A stretch of DNA of 32,730 nt from Chiloscyllium plagiosum (Eukaryota). Below are positions 22,129 to 32,730 of this stretch, piece by piece (positions within the stretch are counted from its first letter, which is position 1; each line of letters opens with the position of its first letter). A model generated the notes under the pieces. It was not told where the DNA came from, ran no database searches, and saw only the letters and a program-made list of their open reading frames with translations. The position numbers were made by a program, and so were the translations under genes. The DNA is taken from the NCBI RefSeq assembly GCF_004010195.1, contig NC_057718.1:10308476-10341205 (forward strand), written 5' to 3'.

Positions 22129-22563
22129 TATTATGGTTACTATTTTAGCTTTGTACTGTTAACTATTTACTGAAACATAATACACATTCTTGTGAGGATG
22201 TAGGGACTGGTAGGACACAATTGAGAAGTGCATAGCTGCTTCCCTCTGGAACAGTCTGTGGGTGGTGCATAGCTTGTGAAGACAGTTAACCCTTTCAGGT
22301 TCTAACTGCCTCATACAATGGATCTGGCTTCTATTTTGCAGCTCACTCAGAAGACAGACTGCACTCTCAGAGAAATAAAAGCCTCAATGGCTGCCTGGTG
22401 CATCGTAAGCTGTGAAAGGTGCTACATAAATGCAACTATCTCTCTCTTCAACCAACATCTTGTGACCAGGGTGCTCTGGCAACACCTACAGCTAAATGGA
22501 GTAAATAGAGGGAAACTGTTGCCGCTTGTAAAAGGAAGAAGAAGAGGGCAGATTTAAAGTGAT

Positions 22564-23784
22564 GTGCAAAAGTAGTGCGGATGAAGTGGGAAAAAACCTT
22601 TTTCACACAGTGAGCAGTTTGGATCTGGAAAGCTCTGCCTGGAAATGTGGTGGAGGCAGGTTCATTTGAGGCACTGAAAGGTGATGAATGTTCGCTTCCA
22701 CTGAAATAGTGTGCAAGGTTTAGAGGGAGAGAGCTGAAGATTTGCACAAGGTAATTGTGCTAATTTGAAGAGCCAGCACAGGAAAGATGGGCCAAAGGGA
22801 CTGTTCCTGCTCAGAATGACTTTGTCTTCAGTGGATACTAGAGCAGTGCAGGTAAACCAGAGACTAGGTGGTCCCATACCTGTGTCTTAATTGCAGGAAA
22901 ATGTGAGGAAGCAGCAGGAATTCCAGGTGGAGAATGCAGTGGGAAGGAATGGGAGATGGTGCAGAGAACAGCAAGGAAGAATGAAGAGGGGAGGGACCAT
23001 GGTGCTATTGATAACTATGCAACCACAATACTATATATGGATGAGTACAAATAGGAGGAGTATTTGGTCTGGGAGCAACCTCTCTCTGTCAGGCTTTCCT
23101 ATTGAGCAGCTGCATAGAGGATTGCCTCCCAGTCCCGTGGGAGAAAGCACAAAGAGCTCTCAGGTTACCATGCCAAACGACCATTCTCACCCGCGTGGTT
23201 AGACTTTAAATGGGTCTTTCATTTCAAAGCATGGACCAGTGCCATTTATAGATCCCAGAGCTGAGAAATTTTTTTTGAGAGCTGGTGTGAGACCACACAT
23301 GCAGACGTGGTGTCAAGTGGTGAAACAATGACCTGCTTCCCAACTCTCTCTCTCAAAGAAAGTAAAATTCCCTTTTCCTTAAAACAGCCATTTCCCTTCC
23401 CTCAGCACAAGGCCATGTCTCTCTTCTCTGGTGGAAGTAAGCAATCCAGGGCCAATCTTAAAGAAAGACTGTCTCCCCCCCCATCATTCAGTCCTTTTGC
23501 TTTGCAGTTTATGGGAGATTTCTGTGTGCAGTTTTCCTCCATTAGAAGAAGTAATGGGTCGTAGAATGTTAATAACACAAAATGAGGCTTCCTAACCTTT
23601 CAGGGTCTCTGTAAGCGCAACTCAGTGCAAAAGTAGTGCGGATGAAGTGGGAAAAACCTTTTTCACACAGTGAGCAGTTTGGATCTGGAAAGCTCTGCCT
23701 GGAAATGTGGTGGAGGCAGGTTCATTTGAGGCACTGAAAGGTGATGAATGTTCGCTTCCACTGAAATAGTGTGCAAGGTTTAGA
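22564..23784 (+). repeat. Near-identical 160-bp direct repeat (22564-22724 and 23625-23784)
   Basis: The copies differ only by one A in a homopolymer, by visual comparison. Confidence 0.95.
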
Positions 23785-24358
23785 CTCCTGTCTAGCCTCA
23801 GAACTTCACAAATCCTTCCCCTTCAAGCCATTTACTTTTATTTTGAGACCCTCTCTCAAATCTCTCCAACTTTTCTTCTCCAGGGAGAACAGATCCACCT
23901 TCTCCATTTCATATCCTTGTAATTAAAGTCGCTGATCCCAGGGACCATTCTTATAAATCTTCTGTACACCATCTCCAAAGCCTTCTTAAAATGTGATGCC
24001 CAGAACTGGACACAACACTCTAGTGTTTCATAAAAGTTCACCTTAAAATCCTTGCTTTTCTACTCTGTCCTTCTCTTTGTCAAGCGGTGTCTTTATTAAC
24101 CACTTTCTCGACCCACCCTGGTACGTTTTTGAGAAACGTTTGTTTATGGAATGAGGGTGTCATTGGCTAAGCTACCATTTCTTGCCCATCCCTAATCGCC
24201 CAGAGAGCAGTTAAGAGTCAACCACGTTGCTGTGGGTCTGGAGTCACATGTAGGCCAGACCAGGTAAGGATGGCAAATTTCCTCCCCTAAAGGACAACAG
24301 TGAACCAGATGTGTTTTCTTTTTAATAATAAATGACATTGGTCCTTTCATTCTACCAG

Positions 24359-24496
24359 GATGGGCGAAAGCTACTGCAGCATTGCTGATAATCGGTTGTA
24401 TCCTGTTGATCATTTGCTTCATCCTGTCCATCTTTGCTCTTTGCAAGGAGCAATCGGGTCTGCTGAGAGTGATTGGTATCATCCTCTTTGTTGCTG
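24359..24496 (+). CDS. PERP: PERP coding exon 2 (TM2 to start of TM3)
   Basis: tcctttcattctaccAG acceptor; (G)WAKATAALLIIGCILLIICFILSIFALCKEQSGLLRVIGIILFVA; G|GTAAGT donor; 138 nt, phase 1/1. Confidence 0.95.
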
Positions 24497-25998
24497 GTAA
24501 GTCTTGCTGTTCGGTAAATACCTCGCTCCTTCCCCAGGGCCCTCACTTGTTGACTGGACTCAAACTCAGTGAGTCTGCAACAGACCCAGATTAAACACGG
24601 GGTTTTCCCAAACCAGGTGTCATTCTCAAATTACTCCTATTGTAGGAGCAGGAGTGGCCATTCAGCTCACCCTGTCATTCTAGATCGTGGATGACCATCT
24701 ACCTCAACAGCATTTTCCTGCACTTTATCAACACATCTCTTGACTTCCTTAATAAGTAGAATTCTGTCATTCTCTGACTTGAAGTTAATGTATAACTGAA
24801 TTCTCTACCCCATAGGATTGTGAAAGCTTATCACCCTCTGCGGAAGTCATTCATCCTCATCTCAGCCCTAAGTAACTTGCCTTTTGTTCTGAGATCGAGT
24901 AATTATAATTACAATTCAGAATATTAATTTCCAGAAGTAAAATGTACCTAAATCGCACAATGACTGTTTCCACATCTGCCAAGCCAGCTTGTTCCATAGT
25001 TTGATCACTCACTCAGTAAGGGAGTGTTTCCTCCGAGTAATCTTCGTACCCCTTTCAGCTGACACAGTTATACTACAATAATTCAGTTGGATGACCAGTG
25101 TTAATGTGTGGCAAAACATGGCACCTCTGCTGTGCACAGCAAGAACCCACAGATGCACTGTGTAAAGAATGAGCAGCTAGTTACAGGTAGCATTGATGAA
25201 AGCAAGGGATATCAAAATAAAAAAGGAACCCTACTACTCCTCAACTAGAACCCCAAAGTTTGCTCCTTTTCACATCCAGCAAATTTTCATCATACTGGGG
25301 ATTCTTGGCTTATGTCCGGCACTTTGGTCTACATACAGATGGATCAATGCAGGTTTTCCTTCACTCCCCTCCAAGGAAAGTGTTGTACAATCCTGTTCAT
25401 TCGGAAAATATTTTTAATAAAGAACATGAGGAACAGGAGGGGGCCATCTGGACCCACGAATCTACTTTGTCACTCAATAAAATCCTAACTGATAGTTTAC
25501 CTCAACTCCACTTTTCTGCCCTACCCCCAGGACTTTTAATTCTCCAAAAATCCTTCGATCTCAGTATTCAACACACTCCATGACTGAGCATCGACTATTC
25601 TCTGGGAAAGGGAGTTCCAAAGGAATTTCCATCACCCTCTGAGTCCAAAATGGCTGACCCCTTATCCACAGATTGATCAATTTAATTGAATGGTGACATC
25701 CAGAATCAATTGACCAGTGTGAATGTGGAACTTGATTGCTATATTTAAATCGGAATGCAATTCAAATTCCTCACTCTGAAAATACCGTCCCATCAATGAA
25801 TCTGGTGATATTTCTGGTTATGGAAATGGATCGGTGAGCTTGCATCCGGTAACAATGAAGCCAAGTGTTGAGTTTGAGTTCAAAACTCAATTCAAAACTC
25901 ACCCCACCTGTAAAAAGGTTAAAATCGGGCTAATCCCGGATAGCTGATGTATTGGGTGTTCTTTTTTCCTTCCCTCTCTAACCATGTTTTCTTCTGCA

Positions 25999-26023
25999 CC
26001 CCCCCCCCCCCCCCCCCCCCCCC
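25999..26023 (+). repeat. (C)25 homopolymer forming the polypyrimidine tract of intron 2
   Basis: Directly precedes the AG at 26024-26025. Confidence 0.9.
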
Positions 26024-26025
26024 AG

Positions 26026-26234
26026 TCCTCTTCCAGTTCATCGCCCTCATCGTGTACCCAGTCAATTTCACCAAGACCCTCATCAAAAATGGCAACTATG
26101 AGTACAGCTGGAGCTACGGCTTTGGGTGGGGGGCCACCATACTGATGATCGGCTGTGGCATTTTCTTCTGCTGCCTTCCCAAGTACGAAGACGAACTCTA
26201 CGGTCAAGCTAAGCCCATCTACATCTACGGCTGA
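26026..26234 (+). CDS. PERP: PERP coding exon 3 (TM3, second loop, TM4, C-terminal tail, stop)
   Basis: (V)LFQFIALIVYPVNFT..YEYSWSYGFGWGATILMIGCGIFFCCLPKYEDELYGQAKPIYIYG*; the YPV, W-YGFGW and FFCCLP-YED motifs are PERP-diagnostic, and the frame is consistent with exon 2. Confidence 0.96.
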
Positions 26235-26965
26235 GCCCTTGGAGTCAGCGGTGGTGAAGATTTGACTCTGGTGCCGTGCACACGTGTATATTTGCTGTTT
26301 CAAAATGCCAGAGGAATGACTATGTTCCATTTCTTTTTGAGAAACAAAAGAGCCTGCACATGTTCGTACACACAAGTACTGGATTCGACTAAGCTCTTGT
26401 TTTTATCTGTTAAGGTAGTTTTTTTTAAAAAAAAGAATTTTGGCTTTAAATAGACTTGCTGGTGTTGGGGATAGCAAGAGATAAGATTTTGGGGATGCGG
26501 ACGGGGATCGATACAGACACTAGACCGTCACCAAATGCAATTTGTAGCCAGCATCTGAATCTTAAAAATTGAAATGGCAACTCTTTCCACTTCCCTATCT
26601 GGCAACTTCTTCCTCTTAATAGTATAAATTGTGGTCCAGATTAGGGCAAAACAAGTGTTGGCACGGGCAAGAGAAGTTGGAATAATGTTGATTGTGTGAG
26701 AGAGTATCATGGTGTCTCAAGGTCAGATAAGGATAAGGATAGAAATTACTTCCAGATGAGAGAGTGCAGAAGGTTTTTTTTAATGCAAGGACCACGTTAA
26801 GTACAGGATGATATTGCCATTCAAGTATTCTTCTTTATATTTTTATCTTTGACCAAAAAATTCTATGGCTCTTCCAAATGCAGGCACAAACCTGTTAACC
26901 TAAATCAGGTGATGTTGTATGAAAAATAATAATTGACATTCTGAAGTTTCAATTCTGACCATTTT

Positions 26966-26971
26966 ATTAAA
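26966..26971 (+). terminator. PERP: Putative PERP polyadenylation signal ATTAAA (3'UTR of about 750 nt)
   Basis: ATTAAA followed by CA dinucleotides and a TGTCTGT/T-rich downstream element; repeats resume just after it. Confidence 0.65.
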
Positions 26972-27954
26972 GAGTGCACATTATACATACTGTCTGTAAA
27001 TATTTCTTCTCTGGAATATGATGATTCTAATCATAGGGGAGAGGGTGCAATAGGGGGAAATGTATTAGAAGTTGGTCAAAATTCTGAGTGTTTATACAGC
27101 TGGATTGAGAAAAACAGTCTCTAATCAGAGGAAGCAAATTTAAGATCATTGGAAAATGAACTGCATGGGCGATTCTTTTTATGCAACGAATTGTTACAGT
27201 TTGCAGTACATTGCCTGAAAGAGGAGTGGTAAAAGCAGATTCACTATTAACTTTCAAAGGGGCATTGGAAAAATACTCAAAGGGCAAACTGTGGAGAAAG
27301 AGCTAGCATAGGAACAGTGGGCCAAATGGTCTCCCTCTGTGTTCATCGCTCTACAATTCTTTACATTATACATTTACACAGCTTTTCCTTGAATGTTTTT
27401 ATGGCAGATTCATGACTAATGAGGGAGGTAGGAATGTGCGTTGACTCCGTGATCAAATTAAGCATGATCTTATAAAATAGCAGAGCAGTCTCGAGGGGCC
27501 TGCTCCTAACCTGTGTCTGCTCAAGTATGTTAATGCATTTACAGACAAGTTTATGAGTTATGCTGCTTTGAATTGTGAGGGCGGAGTGACAAGACACGTC
27601 TGCAAAACACTGTTTACAATTTGTCAGTAGGAAAGCTTCAGCTTCTCAAAGCATGGGGTGGGGCATGGAGAGAAAAGGTTAAAACGATAATTACACATGG
27701 AGGATTGTTAGGACATAGAGTGGTGACAAACGTCTGTAATAGTTTTTCAAAAGACAAGCAGTTGATGGTTTGAAATGTGGAAGTGGGGAAAAGATTGGTG
27801 GATTTTTGTAAGTGGTTAGTTCTTTCAGAGTTGTCACAAATGGAAGAACTTTCTGAGCTCTTAGGTTTTATGATATTACATTTAAGCCTGGCTGTGTCAG
27901 TATAACTCTTACCTAACAGTCTGGAGTCTATGTATCACCAATTCCATTGAAGAA

Positions 27955-28530
27955 TAAACTTGCATTTATATAGCACCTTTTAACAATCTTGGGACTTCCC
28001 TGTAGTGATTGGAATGAGGCCAGCTAGGCGGACCTTATATAATATGAGTTCCCTGATTGGACCAGGTCAACAGCCCCAATCAGGGACCCCTGGCTGGGAG
28101 TTGCCTCTGAGCTAGCTGGGTCAGTGTCATGTACTATGCACGTGTAAATAAAGGGTGACTTGGTGACAGGATACTGGCCTTTGTGGAGTTATTTCGATCC
28201 CAACCTTCTTCATAACCATGAAGTACTTTTGGTTGTGGCTGTAAATATAGGAAGCCACATGCAGCCAACTTACACACAGCAAGATCCTGCAACCGGAATT
28301 GTGATGATAATCTATTTCAGTGGAAGTTGGCCAGGACACGTCCCTGTTTTTCTATGAATGCTTCAGGGGCTTTTAAATTCAACTGCGCCATTTAGTTTAA
28401 TGTGTTATCTGATCTGCCGTTTTCCCTAAATAGGCAGCATACCCCCTCCCCTAACACTGCACTGGGCATGTTGACCCAGATTCCGTGTGCCTGTCTCTGG
28501 AACAGGACTTGACGCTACGGGTTTTTTGAG
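27955..28530 (-). mobile_element. DeuSINE-like relic interrupted by an LTR
   Basis: cttgcatttatatagcacc..atgaagtacttttgg..cacacagcaagatcc..ggccaggacac, homologous to 19690-20030. Confidence 0.55.
28001..28197 (+). mobile_element. Solo LTR-like element (internally deleted copy of 12542-12989)
   Basis: TG start; shared aatatgagttccctgattgg and aaataaagggtgacttggtgacaggatac..gagttatttc; possible 4-bp TSD tccc. Confidence 0.6.
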
Positions 28531-31500
28531 GCAGCTGACAAAGTCAGCTGTGAGAATTGTGGAAACCCCATCGCGATGTGGGAGCAGGCTTCCTTTGCCT
28601 GACAGCTTTCGGTTGAATCAACATTTCTGGCTTTGTTTCAACAGTGAGAGGGAGCAGTGAGAGACTGTGAGTGAGGACAGGCTGCTGCAGGCAGAGAGGA
28701 CTAACTCTAGGTATAATGCACCATGGGCTGTGTCCCTCCCCTTATTCATCAGCTTATTCCCCATTACACACTGAGCACACTCTGACGTACGTTTGTAACT
28801 CCTGGTGACTAGAGACAGCAGGTAGAAATTGGATAGTAACACAAAGTGGGCATCATCACAATGGGGTCATGTATCATTACCTGCTGAGCAACTTGCAAAG
28901 CTGCAGGATTGTATTTGCTGCCCCTCTCCCCACCCCCAAGTTGATTTTCACTTACTATTGTACACTTTGGATTCCAGTTTTACATCCTGACATTTTGCTC
29001 GAGGTTCAGGACACCCACTCTGGGTGTGTCAGCTCCAGATAGGCAATTCAACCACATAGGTCATCACATCAAGCTCAATCCTACCTCAAATTATCCGAAT
29101 ACATGGGGCCAATCAAGTGTGGGAACTATCTGCAGCCCTGAGTTAAGATCAGGTAAGTCTACTAGTAGCGGGAATCCCAGTGGACAAGCAGAAGGCTGGA
29201 AGCAGTATCAGGAGGTGGAGAAGTCAATGTTTCAAGTATAACCCTTCTTCAGGAATCAAGCAGTGTCCCTCTTGTTCTTCAATGGTTTAGTATATTCTTC
29301 AGATTTCTGCTGATGAACTTATGAACCCCATCACAAAAATACAATTCAGCAAACTGCAGCTTATTTGACGATTGTTATATCTCCCCTCTACATCACTACA
29401 CCAGAGACCCAAAGAATCCCAGTTAATGCTCTGATGACCCAAGTTCAGATACCACCATGGTGGAATTTAAGTTCAATTAATAATTCTGAAATTCAAGATT
29501 AATCCTGACCAACTATCACCCAACTAGTTCATTAATGTCCTTTAGGGAGGGAAATCTGCCATCCTCACCCAGTCTGGCCTACATATGGCTCTGGAGTCAC
29601 AGCAAAATATTTAACACTGCCCTCTGAAATGACCAAACAAACCACTCCATGGGGGCAATTAAAAATGGGTAACAAATGCTGGCCCTGCCTGAGATGACCA
29701 CATCCCATGGAAGAATAAATTGCAAAAATGTATAGTTTGTTAACTATGGAGATCGCATTTGCTACTATTTAATTCAGCTTCATGCTTCCTTCTTCTTTGA
29801 CAGAGACTCTTAAGTTATCAGATAGTTGCCACATGTCACTATTGAAATCTCTGGACTCCAGTGTCATTGATGGGAACACCACTGCCTGCACATTCAGCTC
29901 CAAGTCACTCACCATCTTGACTTGGAATTATATTGCTATTCCTTCATTGTCACTGGGTAAAGATTCTGCAGTCATTCAAGATATCAGCTCACTACCACCT
30001 TATCGAGGGTAATCAGGGATGGGCAGTAAATGTTGTGAAAATATTTTTGTTTAAAATTCACGTCACAACAGGAAAGCATTGTTAAGGATTTCAGAGTTAG
30101 CACAAGACAGACATGTCAGGATAAGAGGTCCTAACTGCTGGCAGCAAAGGTGTGGGCTCATTCTTAGTCAGAGTTGACTCATTTCTACCACAATGCTTTA
30201 GATAGAGTGTCACAACATGTCCTAGTGCCACAGGCTCAGGTAGGGGAAATTCAACTTAGGAATTCAAGTTCTGAATGCTGTGTACTTAAAGCAACAAGTT
30301 TTATTATTCTTACGTGGGATGTGGGCATCGCTGGCAAGATCTGCACTTTGATTCCCATGTAAAGTTGCTCCTGGAGAAGGTGGCACCTTTAACCAAGCAC
30401 CTGAGGCACTGCATTGGAATGTTGACATTGGGCCACACGAGGAGATATTAGGACAAGGAACCCATGTTTTGGACAAAGACGTAAGTTTAAAAGGAGGAAA
30501 CTGAGGGAGTGGGAGAATTTCAGAGCTCAGGACTTTAGTAGCCAAAGGCATGGCCACCATCAGTACAGCAATGAAAATCCCAGGTGTTCAATTCATGGAA
30601 TGCACCAGCAAATTTCCACTAATCCATCCTGAATGCAACAAGTTCAAATGTTCCTATTGTGTGGCATCTTGCTGTGCGCAAATGGACTGCTGCTTATCTA
30701 CTCATCAGGAAAGGCCAAATGTATAATAGATTTCCTGTGAGCTGTTACAGCTTGCTAGATAATTGAAGTCATTTTCAATCAGTCTATTCGAATATGTTAA
30801 TGACGCACCTCTGTGACAAGTGAGATATGAGTGCACACTTTCTGACCTAGATATAGGGACACTGCCATTGTCTCACAAGTGCCCTTGTGAGATAGTTACA
30901 AGTTTGGTGTTCCTTTCTTGTGCTGGGCTTAGTCAGTGGGTCACAATCGCATTTTCAATGCACAGGAAATGGAAGTAGGAGTAGGCTATTCAGCCCCTCA
31001 GGCCTGCTGTAACATTAATATCTGATCATGGTTGATCTGATTGTGATCTCAATGTCACTTTCCTGCCTTTCCCCGATATTCTTTGGCTCCCTCATTAGTC
31101 AAGAATCCATCTACCTCAGCTTCAAAACTGTACCAGGACCCTGCCCCTCTGCTAACTGGGGAGGAGTACTCACTACCAAATACCCTCAACTCTCCGAGAT
31201 GATCCAATTGTTGTTTGTGGGATCTCACTGTGTAAAAATTGACTACCAAGTTTCTTGCACTACAAAAATATCTACACCTCAAAAGTGTTGTATTGCTTCT
31301 GATGCATATTTGAGGCAAGTGGGGGATGGTTAGGAAATGCAGGCTCATGAAAGGTGATACACAAATATAAGTCAGTCATTCCTTCAGGGAAAGAACAGGT
31401 TCTAGATCTATGTGAAACATTAGACTTCTGGGACTGGAATAAGATCTTTTGAGACAGTTCCTAAATTAGTATTCGGTTAAGAGTACACAGAGTTCAGTTT

Positions 31501-31896
31501 CCATGGTCACTTGGACTTTGGAGTCTGTAGATTGAAGTGATATGGCCAGGATTATAAGATCATTCAATTAGATTCGGTTTAGTTATTGTCGTTGTTCCCA
31601 GTGTGGTTTTAGCACCTTCTCTTGCTTACTCTTTAATGTAAAATCCTGTTTACAACGCTCTTAGGTCAATACACTTTTCCAGTTGAACCAGGGCCTGTCT
31701 ATTATTCATTAACCAAGTCTCACAGAATATCACTGTGGATTTGACTGCTTCCCTGTTGCATTGTACCAGTTCAGCCATGCACTTAACATAAAAGGCACTT
31801 TGATTACACGAACAATAAAACACATTATTCAAAGTGTATGCACCAAGGTTACAGTTGGTAAGTCAAATTACTGCACGGACATGGGCATGACTGCAT

Positions 31897-32520
31897 CATA
31901 AGAACATAAGAAAGTAAGACCTAGGAGCAGGAGAAGGCCATCTGGCCCCTTGAGCCTGCTCTGCCATTCAATAAGATCATGGCTAATCTTTTCATGGACT
32001 CAACCCTACTTAGCCGCGCTCTCACCGTGACCCTTAATTCCATTATTGTTCAAAAGAAATCTATCTCAGCTTTAAAAATATTTACTGAAGTAGTGTCAAC
32101 CACTTCACTGGCAGGGAATTCCACAAATTCACAACCCTCTGGGTGAAGAAGTTCCTTTGCAACTCAGTCCTAAATCTGCTCCCCCTAATTTTGAGGCTAT
32201 GCCCCCTTGTCCTAGTTTCACCCACCAGTGGAAACATCTTCTCTACGTCTATCTTATCAATTCCCTTCATAATTTTATATGTTTCTATATAAATGATCCC
32301 CCTCTTTCTTCTAAATTGCAATGAATATAATCCCAGTCTACTCAGTCTCTCCTCATAAACCAACCCATTGACTCTGGAATCAATCTGGTGAATCTCCTCT
32401 GCATCTCCTCTAGTGTCAGTATATCCTCTCTCAAGTAAGGAAACCAAACCTGCACACAGTTCCCCAGGTGTGGCCTCACTAGCACCCTGTACCCCTGTAA
32501 CATAATCTCCCTGCTTTTAA
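31897..32520 (-). mobile_element. CR1 LINE 3' end
   Basis: ORF 32082-32447 (YEERLSRLGLYSL..IETYKIMKG..TRTRGHSLK..FFTQRVVNLWNSLP); cataagaacataagaa tail. Confidence 0.9.
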
Positions 32521-32649
32521 ATTGGCTACATCATGGCTACATTACTGGGTTAGTCATCCAGAGAACCGGACAATTACTGCATAAACATAACAAATAGCCA
32601 TTTGGCCCCTTAAGCCTGCTATTTTATTCAATAGAATCCTCTGGAGATA

Positions 32650-32730
32650 TAGAACATAGAAGAATACAGCGCAGTACAGGCCCTTTGGCCCTTGATGTTG
32701 CGCCGATCCAAGACCACCTAACCTACACTA
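32650..32730 (-). mobile_element. 3' tail of another LINE copy (runs off window edge)
   Basis: atagaacatagaagaatacagcgcagtacaggccctttggccc resembles a reverse-strand CR1 tail hairpin. Confidence 0.55.

Noticed and set aside
25899..26375. 158-aa antisense ORF over exon 3 (and the 151-aa antisense ORF at 4894-5349 over exon 1)
   Set aside because: These are shadow ORFs expected opposite GC3-rich coding exons; the poly-Gly run comes from the C25 tract.
26235..26453. Stop-codon readthrough extension (the frame stays open for 72 codons after the TGA)
   Set aside because: The TGA-G context is not a known leaky motif, the peptide has no recognisable features and crosses T/A homopolymers, and chance is a sufficient explanation without ribosome-profiling or conservation evidence.

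Overview
This is vertebrate genomic DNA, almost certainly an elasmobranch (shark/ray), judged from HE1/V-SINEs, HER1/CR1 LINE tails ending in (TCTATGAC)n, DeuSINE-like relics and Penelope-like elements. It contains one complete protein-coding gene on the + strand, PERP (PMP-22/EMP/claudin-superfamily tetraspan desmosomal protein and p53/p63 target). PERP has three coding exons (5107-5302, 24359-24496, 26026-26234; 543 nt, 180 aa), GT-AG phase-1 introns of about 19 kb and 1.5 kb, and an ATTAAA poly(A) signal at 26966. Nearly all other ORFs are decayed retroelements or noise. The most notable observations are: (1) both conserved first-extracellular-loop cysteines of PERP appear lost (codons TTC and TCC, each one base from TGC); (2) two families of short, often palindromic Penelope-derived insertions carry minimal type-I hammerhead ribozyme motifs, one apparently intact at 16449-16483 on the minus strand; (3) there are several unusual rearrangements, namely a head-to-head CR1 junction, a 160-bp near-perfect local duplication and a hairpin-loop micro-inversion between two LTR copies. 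Repeat boundaries are approximate and family names come from recognition, not database searches. There are two assembly gaps (5634-5816, 11376-11400).
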